In this document: one piece after another, positions 1 to 9,900 of the stretch
How the letters are laid out: each line of letters begins with the position of its first letter
Numbering within the stretch: position 1 is the stretch's first letter
Assembly: GCF_965196625.1 (NCBI RefSeq)
Contig: NZ_OZ239769.1
Location: forward strand, 330,001-362,000
DNA from: Candidatus Saccharimonadota bacterium
GTDB taxonomy: Bacteria; Bacteroidota; Bacteroidia; Cytophagales; Amoebophilaceae
Reading direction: 5' to 3'
Length of the DNA: 32,000 nt
Program-made: the position numbers and the translations under genes
Notes under the pieces: generated by a model
Told to the model about the DNA's origin: nothing
Database searches by the model: none
The model's input: the letters and a program-made list of their open reading frames with translations, nothing else

Positions 1-621
1 AAATATGCTGCAGAGCCATTCTTTTTCGCCCACTCAGATCGCAAAGAGGCATTAAGCTTATATAGTCAAACGATGCACCTATTCATACTAGTATCGTGCT
101 GCTGCCTCTTGCTTTTTAGTTTAAACATAGATTGGGTTGCAAAAATTCTGATCCCGCATGCAGGGTATCGCCATACCATTGACACAGTACCCTATGTAGC
201 ATTTGCCCATATTGTTTTAGGGGTCTATTACAACTTTAGTGCGGCCTTTAAATTGAGCAATCATCCACGATACAATACTTGGATCAGTGGATTGGGTAGC
301 TTAGTCATTTGGCTTACGGCACTGCTATGGATACCGAAGCTGGGCCATTGGGGCTGTGTATATGCCTCTATAAGTAGTGCCACAGTTATGGGACTATTGG
401 GCTATTATATAGGTCAAAAATGTTACCCAATCCCTTACCATAAACAGGGTTTTGTACTACTTGTATTTACCTTTTTCGCATTGGGAAAAATTGCTTTATG
501 GCGCGCTAAACTTGCTTTTTTAGGGATAGGATGGGCCTATATATTGCTTCATATAACCATTCTGACCCCTTTTTGCATCATAGCCATTGCATGGTATAAG
601 TCTATTCAACCTAAGAAATAA
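1..621 (+). CDS. C-terminal part of a multi-pass membrane protein, probably a MOP/Wzx-type polysaccharide flippase; the 5' end lies outside the window
   Basis: Frame 1 is open from nt 1 (KYAAEPFFFAHSDRKEALSLYSQT precedes the listed Met at 73). The sequence has several hydrophobic helices and a basic tail (KSIQPKK). The flippase assignment rests on overall resemblance only. Confidence 0.45.
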   Translation, partial: KYAAEPFFFAHSDRKEALSLYSQTMHLFILVSCCCLLLFSLNIDWVAKILIPHAGYRHTIDTVPYVAFAHIVLGVYYNFSAAFKLSNHPRYNTWISGLGSLVIWLTALLWIPKLGHWGCVYASISSATVMGLLGYYIGQKCYPIPYHKQGFVLLVFTFFALGKIALWRAKLAFLGIGWAYILLHITILTPFCIIAIAWYKSIQPKK

Positions 622-637
622 TAATGTATTTTTATAT

Positions 638-1822
638 ATGCTAGCAGTCAGAAAACACATTGCCTCCTTTCCTATATGTAAAGTGATCTTTATAATTGGC
701 GCCTTTCTATTAGGCACTTTTTGGTATAATGTCTATTGGCCATCATTCCCTTGGTTTACAAGATATATACAATATATACACACGCAAAAGTATAAGCGGG
801 CTACCTTTGCAGAAAAGATAGCCGCTATTGACTTTAAAGTAGGAAAGTGGAATACCCCCATAGAGCTATTAAAATCAAAAGACTTTCAAGCAATTTACGA
901 GCATCCTACCTGTTATTACCAATCAGCGCAATACTTTTTAGCCCATCCTTGCTATACCCATAACCAAAAAAAGATCGTTGCGCATGCCTTATTTTATTTG
1001 CCCACATCTTTTTATAAGGATTGGTTCAATACCTGTTTGCAGCTTTATAAAAAAGGCAAAATAGATAAAGTACTTTTATCGATTATTCAATCTTATACTG
1101 ATCTACAACCGACTGCTATTCAATCAGATCAGTCCAGTTTATACTACCTTCCAAAACCTCAAAGGAGATCAGTGGAGCAAACTATTGATAATAGCCTGCT
1201 AGCAGCAATAGATCACTATAGGAAAAGTAGAGACCGATGGGGTGTTCCATTCAGTTATGCTGGCTATTGGGACATATATGGCTACCCTGACTACTATTCG
1301 GATTACTCTAATTATTGCGCTATATATACCCACCCTGATCATTATATAGAAGCACTAGCTGACTATTTGGTGCGTCACAATAAATGCAATAGTGCGCTGC
1401 CTGAAGATGATAGTATCTCTAAGGAGCATGCTATCATTCGCATCAAACCACATCTATCTCCTTCTGGCTATGCGCAATGGGTAGCCATCTGCTGGAATTA
1501 TTATACAAAAGGATTAATATCTTGCATGCAACTATATAGTATGGTGGTGTGTGACAATTATATGCGGGAAAGGTGTCAGATAGGTGTCACACACCCTTAT
1601 GTAGTTAAATATTATAAAGATCCTACTCTACAGCATATTGTAGGTGCAATCCAACGAGATCCAAGATTACCTGCTGCTATTAGAATAGAGCTTATTCATT
1701 TAACCAGTGGTTTTTCCAAATGGCGAAACAGAACCAATTCTGAAATCATTGCCCTAACAGGTGACAGACCTTTTTTCTTTCATGAAGATTTACATGGAAT
1801 CTATATTCCCATTAGTAGATGA
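638..1822 (+). CDS. Hypothetical membrane-anchored protein, paralog A of a tandem pair (orphan family with repeated YEHPxYY / HPxVxKYYxDP motifs)
   Basis: Long ORF. The ATG at 638 avoids overlap with the upstream gene and is followed by an N-terminal TM segment (VIFIIGAFLLGTFWYNVYW). It shares clear motifs with the next gene: LLKSKDFQAIYEHPTCYYQSAQYFL vs LFKSKDFAIMYRYP / FYEHPTYYVEDAHAFL, and HPYVVKYYKDPTLQHIV vs HPIVKHYADPNVSHLL. Confidence 0.6.
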   Translation: MLAVRKHIASFPICKVIFIIGAFLLGTFWYNVYWPSFPWFTRYIQYIHTQKYKRATFAEKIAAIDFKVGKWNTPIELLKSKDFQAIYEHPTCYYQSAQYFLAHPCYTHNQKKIVAHALFYLPTSFYKDWFNTCLQLYKKGKIDKVLLSIIQSYTDLQPTAIQSDQSSLYYLPKPQRRSVEQTIDNSLLAAIDHYRKSRDRWGVPFSYAGYWDIYGYPDYYSDYSNYCAIYTHPDHYIEALADYLVRHNKCNSALPEDDSISKEHAIIRIKPHLSPSGYAQWVAICWNYYTKGLISCMQLYSMVVCDNYMRERCQIGVTHPYVVKYYKDPTLQHIVGAIQRDPRLPAAIRIELIHLTSGFSKWRNRTNSEIIALTGDRPFFFHEDLHGIYIPISR

Positions 1823-3174
1823 TTAAACAAAATAAAATGATTGATTACAATAGTAAAGAAGAAAAACGATTAAATCATCCAGTTATCAAATCTATTAGGT
1901 ATGCTATCCTAGGCTCCTTTTTATTTGGGCTTGGTCGTGTGACCGAGTGATGGGTAATCCCTCCTATAGAATATAAATTTATCAAACAAAAGTTAGCTGC
2001 TATCAACCAATCTACGCCCTGGCCACAGCGGCTTTCTCTAGAAGAAAAACTTACTTTGATTTTACAAGAGGTAGGCCACTTTAAAAGAATATCACAATTA
2101 TTTAAGTCTAAGGATTTCGCCATAATGTACCGGTATCCTAAAAGCTATCTTCCCTATGTACTGAAACTTTTAAAAAATCCTGCTGTAAAATCTGGGCTTA
2201 AAGCTATAGCCATTTATGCTATGGAACAATTAGAAGTAGCAGATTATTTAAACTTACTCAACAGTGCATGGGAAAGTTACCAAAAAAAAGAGCTAGATAG
2301 AGAACTGTTGGAACCTATTTTATATTACGAATTAGCTGGAGACCACCCTATCGTCAAACATTATGCTGATCCTAATGTATCCCATCTATTAGAGACCATA
2401 TGGCACGCAAGCAATGGTGCCAGTAAAACGCAATTAGGTAAAATAATATCAGGAGAAATATGGAAATTATGGCAGCAAAAAAAGGTAGGTGCTAGCTTTC
2501 AATGGGGTAAAAAACCTTTCCCTTTTATAGCGACCCTAGATAAAGTTTTATCAAAAGTTAAGGCAGGCTTTACCAAAGATTCAGAAAATGGGGAAGGTGT
2601 ATTATGGTGTGAACCATTTATGTTGTTCTATGAACATCCTACCTATTACGTAGAAGATGCTCATGCCTTTTTAAACCAATCTATAGAGGATTATCACTAT
2701 AGAAAGAAATATAGAGGTTGTGCTACCTTTGGCATGGCATTGGGTATTGTGATGAATGCTTTTAGAAAACTGGACCGTGAAGCCTTCTTGCAATTATTCT
2801 ATCAAATGACTAAGTTACATATACCTCATAAAAGCGGTTACTGTAAGATGGGTACTTGTTACCCAGCATTTTCACTTACCGGTGGTAAATTGGTAGAGGA
2901 ACGGTTCCCAACTATCTATGATACCCTATTGCTTAAGCCTTTTCCTGTCTATGCTAGTGGCAATATATTCACTAAAGGAATGTGGTGTGATATGGATGGC
3001 AAGGGACTTCCCTTTGATGGACTCCCCCTCATTTTATATAGGCCAATAGCATACTATCATGATTATCTATTAAAAGACATAGAGGAGCTACAAACATTGT
3101 ATGGCATTCCTGCTTATTCAAAAGAAAGACCTTTCATTTCTTTTACCTATTTTGATCACCCTTCATCAGGGTAA
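1819..3174 (+). pseudogene. Paralog B of the orphan family, interrupted by an in-frame TGA at 1948-1950. The intact remainder is the track ORF 2056..3174, which uses a TTG start.
   Basis: The ATG at 1819 overlaps the paralog A stop (ATGA). Frame 1 then reads MIKQNKMIDYNSKEEKRLNHPVIKSIRYAILGSFLFGLGRVTE-TGA-WVIPPIEYKFIKQKLAAINQ... The TM-like segment (AILGSFLFGLG) and KLAAINQ align with paralog A FIIGAFLLGTF and KIAAIDF, so homology spans the stop. Confidence 0.55.
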
Positions 3175-6100
3175 ACGCACACACTATTTTCATCTTGCGC
3201 TCTACTTTTACAAAGCTCCAGCGCTGCTTTGGCTGCTTCTTCTAATGCCGCTCCTATGGCTGGGTCTAGATAGGTATGGGCTATTGGCACATCTATAGCC
3301 AGGGTTTCCCGCGCCATATGGGCTACTTCTGGTAGGTAGGCATAACCTGCTGCATGGCGCAGGTCATAGAGTCGTTCAGCTAGTTTGATAAAGAGTACAG
3401 AAAGCTGTATGTGCTCTTCTCTAATCGCTTCTTTCAATCGGTTCTGCACATAGAGCAAAGAAGGATGGTCTAAGTCTTGGCGTTTATCTACCCCTATCAC
3501 ATTCAACACAAAAGCATAAACCCCTAAATTATAATGTTTTTTGATATAAGAAAGCGGTAAGCAGGTATGGCGCACCAGTTCATAGAGCAAAGCAGCATAG
3601 ACTACTTTAGGCGCGTGTACAACCCATTTTACCACCAATTCGGCAATGCCTACCGCACGTACATAAAACAATTGACCGGAAGCATGCTGCTTAAAACCAA
3701 AGTATTGCCGCAACAATAAAAGCAATCCAGAAATAGCCCCTATATCAATAGGATCTGATCCATGAGAAGATTTGCAGACATAGTCATGGAATTGCATCAA
3801 CACCATCATCGAGTCGGCTTGCTCTTTAGGCGTAACAGGCGCCGCTGAGGTTAAGCAATCCAACGGTAGTTTCGCGGTCATTTTATCACGAATGGCTGTA
3901 ACATCAGTAGGGAGGACCAATAAGATCGCCTGTTCCGTACCATCAACCGGGTATGTTACATAGCCATAGTGGGCACGCACCATACTGGATATCGTGTCTT
4001 GCTGTAGATCTATCGATGGTGGCATTTCTTTTTTCCCCTGAGGCTCCATAACATGCATCAGATCATGATAGAGCGCTTCTACTAGAGGAAAGTCTTTAGG
4101 GGGAAGCGCAGATTGGCCTATTGCGAAAGCAATCGCTTGGAAAAGCATACTAGGAGGCGTGCTACCATCAATCGCATCTGCTTGTTCAAATTGCAAAGAG
4201 GTCTTGTGCAGTTGTATACGAACAATTGGTGCACTAGGGCTATCTAACTTACCGCCCACACGTAAAACGGCCTGAGCCAACATGTAGACTACCTGATGGA
4301 TATCACATACCATATAAGAAGAGGGCACCCCACTAGGGACCTTTATTTTTTCTACCAATAGCCTAGGTGGATCAGCTGCCTCTTGCGATAAAGCAAACTC
4401 TACCTTACGGATCAGCTTATCTAAAGTAATTTTAGTAGGCTGCAAGAGTGCATGATCCTTAGCCTTTTCTTTTCGAGTAAAAAAGCTCACCCAATCATAA
4501 AGCTTATGGATAATACCTTGAAAATCTTGCTTATATAAGGGCATATTGCCATCTAAAAAAGAAATAGATTGCTCCATTTTATGGATAACCTGAGCTAAAA
4601 TAGAACTATTCCCCTTAGCTAAAGCACCAGCCGTGGAAAACATGGCTGAATCATAGAGGGATGCTTTTAGTGCACGGGATGCGTTAAGCTTTTCTCTACC
4701 CTTAAGGTAGATAACTTGATCCAAGTAACGCTTGTTCTTAGCTTTTAGGTAAACAAAAATGCCAAAAATAAATAATCCTAATCCCAAACAAAGCAGCAGC
4801 AGCAACGCCACACCTGATGGCGATAGCACCAACGTGAGTGACTGGGTAGCATAAACAGCGCTAAGATAGATGGCCATAACTAGGGTAACCCCTAAAAAAG
4901 CTACACCAAGATATAAAGGAAGTACCAGCAAAGTGACCACCAAATGGGCCAAAGACAAGCCTAGGGTTAAGAAAAGATTGGTGCCATGCCACCAGTGCCA
5001 AAGCACATTAATAGGAAAGCAAAAAGATAAACCGACCACCCAAAATAGACCCGCTAACCAAGTTGGAATGGTTTTTATCTTTTCTGAGACAAATGTGCTA
5101 TACCCCAAAAAGCAGCTCCCTATCAAAAGTTGAGCGATAAGCCAACAACCATGGTCGGCAATAGAGGCTACGCAATAAGTCAGCAAATTACTGATGAGTA
5201 GATAGCATCCCACATATATCAGCATAGCATGGCTAGGCTGCAGCTTAGCAAAAGTATCTTTTATATGCAGCAATCCATTTTTAATCGCTTCTTTGCGGGC
5301 GTGCCTCTTACGCGCATGCGCTTGTTGCATTTGTATAAACGCATGATCGGGTCCAACCCATCCTTTACCTTCTGGTTGTTTGAATAGATAGTGTGCAACC
5401 ATCATGGCCAGACCATTGGCCAACATAGCAACAAAAGAACCATCTATACCAGTTACTGATTTAACCCATTCATTCCAAGCTAAAATAGCTAATACACCCG
5501 TAACCATACCCATTAACGCCGTGCGAGCAGTACCCCGAAAACCAAAAATAGCCAAAAGAAAAGGAGCAGTTATGATGGGTATAGAGAGATCAAAAATGAT
5601 TATAATTAAGCCTAGTAAATCATTACAACAAAAGGCCAAAATCATAGCCAATAAGCCTACAACCAGCGCAACCGTTTTAGCAAGCAAGAGCTGACGCGTA
5701 TAAGAAATGTCTTTTACACCTCGTATACTTTCCAGTATATCATGGCTAACCATAACGGCACAGGTATTCAATTTAGAATCAGCTGTGGACATAGTCATAG
5801 CCAATAGAGCGATAGAAATAAACCCTTTAAAAAAAGAGGGCACATTAGCCATTATATAACTCCAAATTTTTTCTACCGGCAACATGGGTTCCTTCACAAA
5901 AACAAATAGGCCAATTAAAAGGATCAAAGTCTGTATAAATAGACGAAAAAAGCTAGCGTACAAGAAGACTTTTTTAGCTTGAATAGGGTCAGCAGACATG
6001 TATACCCTTTGAATAGTTGTAGGTTCCACATAAGATACTACAGCAGATAGAATCAGTGCAACCATAGCCACAAGCTTCGTATCAAAATGAAATACCGTAC

Positions 6101-6770
6101 TGAATTGAAAATTTTCATGACTTTGTAAAAAAGGGATAATTTCTGTAGAAGGCTTATCTAGCTTGTGAAAAATAAATAAACCCAAAAGAGGTATGATCAT
6201 AGTAAAGGTTATAAACTGTACTACATCAGTAAAGGTAACGGCACGAATACCCCCAAACATCGCATAGAAAATAAGGATTAAAGTAGAGCATATAGTTACT
6301 ATCCTGGGATCAATCGAGTCTACACACATACCAATGGCCATAGACATTACATTAATTTGAATGGTAACATTGGCAATAGATGCGCAAATACTGGCTAGCG
6401 CTACAATAATCCTTGGGTACTTACCATATACTTTACCTATCGTCTCTGGCATAGAGATATGCTGCATAAATGGGCTCATACGCACAGCAAGTAGGCTAAT
6501 AACCCAAAAATCAAAGGCCATACAAAGTGAGAATACGATCCAGTAAAGACCAAGATTCGAAACCTGCTGTACAGTACGCACCAGCCCTCCACCTCCATAC
6601 GTAGTAGCCAATAACGTAGCTACCAAGGTAGCGGTAGCAAATTGTTTATTCCCTATTGCATATTCGCGCAATGTGGTTACCTTTTTGTTAAAACTACAAT
6701 AAACACCTACCACCAAGGTTACCAACAAAAAAGCAGCCACTATAAATAGTGGAGTATTAAAGTATATCAT
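3156..6770 (-). CDS. Intact long fusion protein (copy P1): SSF/SLC5 sodium:solute symporter core, about 6 extra TM helices, a HisKA/HATPase_c-like module, and a degenerate RelA/SpoT-type HD domain
   Basis: The uninterrupted ORF runs to 6803 (TTG). The ATG at 6770 (MIYFNTPLFIVAAF) aligns with the start of paralog P2 (MICLSIPLFIIVAF). The SSF-like core covers aa ~1-490. A further hydrophobic block follows. Then comes an H-box-like ILAQVIHKMEQSISF (His codon 4581-4583) and an HATPase-like stretch (HQVVYMLAQAVLRV ... ISSMVRAHYGYVTYPVDGTEQAILLVLP). The C-terminus matches RelA/SpoT HD motifs: AALLYELVRHT vs AALLHDVIEDT, VLFIKLAERLYDLRHA vs VILIKLADRTHNMRTL, and MARETLAIDVPIAHTYL vs IARETLEIYSPLAHRLG. 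Confidence 0.8.
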   Translation of the reverse strand: MIYFNTPLFIVAAFLLVTLVVGVYCSFNKKVTTLREYAIGNKQFATATLVATLLATTYGGGGLVRTVQQVSNLGLYWIVFSLCMAFDFWVISLLAVRMSPFMQHISMPETIGKVYGKYPRIIVALASICASIANVTIQINVMSMAIGMCVDSIDPRIVTICSTLILIFYAMFGGIRAVTFTDVVQFITFTMIIPLLGLFIFHKLDKPSTEIIPFLQSHENFQFSTVFHFDTKLVAMVALILSAVVSYVEPTTIQRVYMSADPIQAKKVFLYASFFRLFIQTLILLIGLFVFVKEPMLPVEKIWSYIMANVPSFFKGFISIALLAMTMSTADSKLNTCAVMVSHDILESIRGVKDISYTRQLLLAKTVALVVGLLAMILAFCCNDLLGLIIIIFDLSIPIITAPFLLAIFGFRGTARTALMGMVTGVLAILAWNEWVKSVTGIDGSFVAMLANGLAMMVAHYLFKQPEGKGWVGPDHAFIQMQQAHARKRHARKEAIKNGLLHIKDTFAKLQPSHAMLIYVGCYLLISNLLTYCVASIADHGCWLIAQLLIGSCFLGYSTFVSEKIKTIPTWLAGLFWVVGLSFCFPINVLWHWWHGTNLFLTLGLSLAHLVVTLLVLPLYLGVAFLGVTLVMAIYLSAVYATQSLTLVLSPSGVALLLLLCLGLGLFIFGIFVYLKAKNKRYLDQVIYLKGREKLNASRALKASLYDSAMFSTAGALAKGNSSILAQVIHKMEQSISFLDGNMPLYKQDFQGIIHKLYDWVSFFTRKEKAKDHALLQPTKITLDKLIRKVEFALSQEAADPPRLLVEKIKVPSGVPSSYMVCDIHQVVYMLAQAVLRVGGKLDSPSAPIVRIQLHKTSLQFEQADAIDGSTPPSMLFQAIAFAIGQSALPPKDFPLVEALYHDLMHVMEPQGKKEMPPSIDLQQDTISSMVRAHYGYVTYPVDGTEQAILLVLPTDVTAIRDKMTAKLPLDCLTSAAPVTPKEQADSMMVLMQFHDYVCKSSHGSDPIDIGAISGLLLLLRQYFGFKQHASGQLFYVRAVGIAELVVKWVVHAPKVVYAALLYELVRHTCLPLSYIKKHYNLGVYAFVLNVIGVDKRQDLDHPSLLYVQNRLKEAIREEHIQLSVLFIKLAERLYDLRHAAGYAYLPEVAHMARETLAIDVPIAHTYLDPAIGAALEEAAKAALELCKSRAQDENSVCVYPDEG
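3203..4549. repeat. About 1.35 kb high-identity block shared with 6983-8338 (C-terminal signalling module of P1)
   Basis: Aligned by eye, 3241-3420 vs 7024-7203 show 4 mismatches in about 180 nt. Identity falls sharply beyond about 4549 / 8338. Confidence 0.8.
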
Positions 6771-6962
6771 AAAGCAAAGGATTATAAACCTAAAAAATAC
6801 CAATACAAGAAAATGGTAAGGATTTTTAGCTAGAAATCAAAAAAAGGAGATGGACTTTAAAATGTATTTATAAAATAATATCAAAGGGATCGGTTATGCA
6901 AGGGGTCTAATCATGGACAAAACTTTACAAAATATATCTAAGCAATTTTTAGATACAACCTA

Positions 6963-9900
6963 CTAATTATCTTGTTCTTTAGCTTTACTTTTACAGAGCG
7001 CTAGTGCTGCTTTGGCAGCTTCTTCTAATGCCGCTCCTATGGCTGGGTCTAGATAGGTATGGGCTATTGGCACATCTATAGCCAGGGTTTCCCGCGCCAT
7101 ATGGGCTACTTCTGGTAGATAGGCATAACCTGCTGCATGGCGCAGGTCATAGAGTCGTTCGGCTAGTTTGATAAAGAGTACAGAAAGCTGTACATGCTCT
7201 TCTTTAATCGCTTCTTTCAATCGGTTCTGCACATAGAGCAAAGAAGGATGGTCTAAGTCTTGGCGTTTATCTACCCCTATCACATTCAACACAAAGGCAT
7301 AAACCCCTAAATTATAATGTTCTTTGATATAAGAAAGCGGCAAACAGGTATGGCGCACCAGTTCATAGAGCAAAGCAGCATAAACTACTTTAGGCGAGTG
7401 AAAGACCCATTCCAAGACCAATTCGGCAATGCCTACCGCACGTACATAAAACAATTGACTGGAAGCATGCCGCTTAAAACCAAAGTGTTGCCGCAACAAT
7501 AAAAGCAATCCGGAAATAGCCCCTATATCAATAGGATCTGATCCATGAGAAGATTTGCAGACATAGTCATGGAATTGCATCAACACCATCATCGAGTCGG
7601 CTTGCTCTTCAGGCGTAACAGGCGCTTCTGCGCTTAAGCAGTCTAGCGGTAGTTTCACGGTCATTTTATCACGAATAGCTGTGACATCAGTAGGGAGGAC
7701 CAATAATACCGCCTTTTCCGTACCATCAACCGGGTATGTTATATATATATAGCCATAGTGGGCACGCACCATACTGGATATGGTATCCTGCTGTAGGTCT
7801 ATCGATGGTGGCATTTCTTTTTTTTCCTGAGGGTCTATAACATGCATGAAATCATGGTAGAGCGTTTTTACTAAAGGCAAGTCTTTAGCAGCAAGCGTAG
7901 ACTGGCCTATTACGAAAGCAATCGCCTGGAAACGCATACTAGGAGGCGTGCTACCATCAATCGCATCTGCTTGTTCAAATTGCAAAGAGGTCTTGTGCAG
8001 TTGTATACGAACAATTGGTGCACTAGGGCTATCTAACTTACCGCCCACACGTAAAACGGCCTGAGCTAACATGTAGACTACCTGATGGATATCACACACC
8101 ATATAAGAAGAGGGTGCCCCACTAGGGCCATCTATTTTTTCTACCAATAGCCTAGGTGGATCGAATACCTCCTGCAATAGCGCAAACTCTATTTCATGAA
8201 CCAATTGATCCAAAGTAATTTGGATAGGCTGCAAAAGTGCATGGTCTTTGGCTTTTTCTTTTCGGGTGAAAAAGCTCACCTAATCATAAAGCTTATGGAT
8301 AATACCTTGAAAATCTTGCTTATATAGGGGCATATTGCTGTCCAAAAAGGAGATAGACTGCTCAACTTTATGCACTGCTTGCGCTAAAATAGAACCATTG
8401 CCTTTACATTCCGTGCCAGAGGTGGAGACCATTGCCAAATCATAGAGAGAGGACTTGAACTGACGGGATGTGCTAACCGCTTCTCTACCCTTTAGGTAGG
8501 TTACTTGGCGTAGGTAACGGTTGTTCTTCGTTTTAAGGTAAACAAAAATACCAAAAATAATTAGGCTTAAGCCCAAAAAGAACAACAACAATAACGCAAT
8601 AGTTGAGGGTGCTAAGACAAATGTTTTAGTACAATAGACAGAGCTAAGACAGATGGCGATGCATAGAGTAGCCATTAAAAAACTGACACCGAGGTATAAA
8701 GGCAGTACGAGTAAGGTTACTACCAAATGAGACAAAGATATGCCTAAGGTTAAAGCAAGATTGGTGGCATGGGACCAATGCCACAGGACATTAATCGGCA
8801 GGCAAAAGGCCAACCCCATTACCCAAAATAGACCAACCAGCCAACCTATACTAGATTCGACCTTTGCTGATACAAAGGTGCTATACCCTAACAAACCAGC
8901 ACCTACTAAAAGTTGCAGTGTAAGCCAACAATCATGATCTGAAATAGAGGCTACAAAATAAATCAGTAAATTGCTGATGAGTACATAAAACCCCACACCC
9001 GTTAGCGTAGCACGACTGGGTTGAAACCTATGCAAGGTCTGCTTGATATCTAGCAAACTATTTTTAATCGCTTCTTTTTGAGCAGCCCTCTTACGGGCAC
9101 GCGCTTGTTGCATTTGTATAAAGGTATGGTCGGGCCCCACCCATCCTGCACCTTCTGGTTGTTTAAATAGATAGTGGGCAGCTAGCATAGCCAAGCCATT
9201 GGCCAACATAGCCACAAAAGAACCATCTATACCTGTTGGTGGCTGAACCCATTCGTTCCAGCCTAAAATGGTTAGTACCCCTGTAGCCATACCGATTAAA
9301 GCGGTTTGGGGGGTACCGCGAAAGCCAAAAACAGCTAAAATAAAGGGGGCAGCTAGTATAGGAACCTTGCAGTTAAGAGACCAATACATTAACTTTAACA
9401 AATCTTTACATCTAAAAGTTAGCAACATAGCCGATAGCCCTACGGTTAACGTCGTCCATCTGGCTATTTTAAGTTGGCACTGATCAATATTTTGGGTTGT
9501 CTTTTCTGTTCCATTTTCTATTGATTTTATAAAGTTCTTGACAAGATCATGACTCACCATAACGGCACACGCATTTAAACAAGAATCAGCTGTAGACATC
9601 GCCATAGCAAGTAAGCTAACTGCAACAAATCCTTTAAAGAAAACGGGAATATGAGCGGTTATATAATCCCAAATTCCCACTTTTGATAACCCTGGCGCTC
9701 CTACAAAAGTAAATACAGCAATTAAAATTATAAAAAACTGAATAATAACAGCAAAAGTAGCAGCGTACGAAAAAACCTTTTGGGCCTGCATAGGACCAGA
9801 AGCCATATAGACTCGCTGCATAAGAGCGGGATCTACTATATTACTGGGTATATCACCCAGTAACAATAGTACTATACTGGCTAGGTGGGTCTTAGAAAAG

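Noticed and set aside
1948-1950. Possibility that TGA encodes Trp (alternative genetic code) or that the amber at 8280 is recoded
   Set aside because: TGA is used as the genuine stop of several well-conserved genes here (paralog A at 1820-1822, ftsI at 22794-22796, glyQS). Conserved Trp positions use TGG. The standard bacterial code fits the window.
1875-2123. 82-aa minus-strand ORF between the two orphan paralogs
   Set aside because: It overlaps the plus-strand sequence that is homologous to paralog A (TM segment and KLAAINQ region), and it has no recognisable features.
3101-3298. 65-aa plus-strand ORF at the convergent junction
   Set aside because: It lies antisense to the highly conserved HD-like C-terminus of P1 and out of frame with the end of paralog B.
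4870-6546. Plus-strand ORFs inside P1 (4870..5133, 5404..5694, 6361..6546), with analogous ones inside P2, P3 and P4 (8740..8937, 9268..9483, 10302..10505, 11672..11863, 13783..13998, 14731..14994)
   Set aside because: They lie entirely antisense to long, clearly homologous transporter genes. They recur only because the paralogs share sequence. Their low-complexity, basic composition is typical of shadow ORFs.
7741-7750. (TA)5 microsatellite inside P2
   Set aside because: It is a real in-frame 6-nt expansion relative to P1 (YGYVTYP -> YGYIYITYP). It sits inside an already broken gene and is too short to count as a repeat element, so it is noted under the P1/P2 comparison instead.
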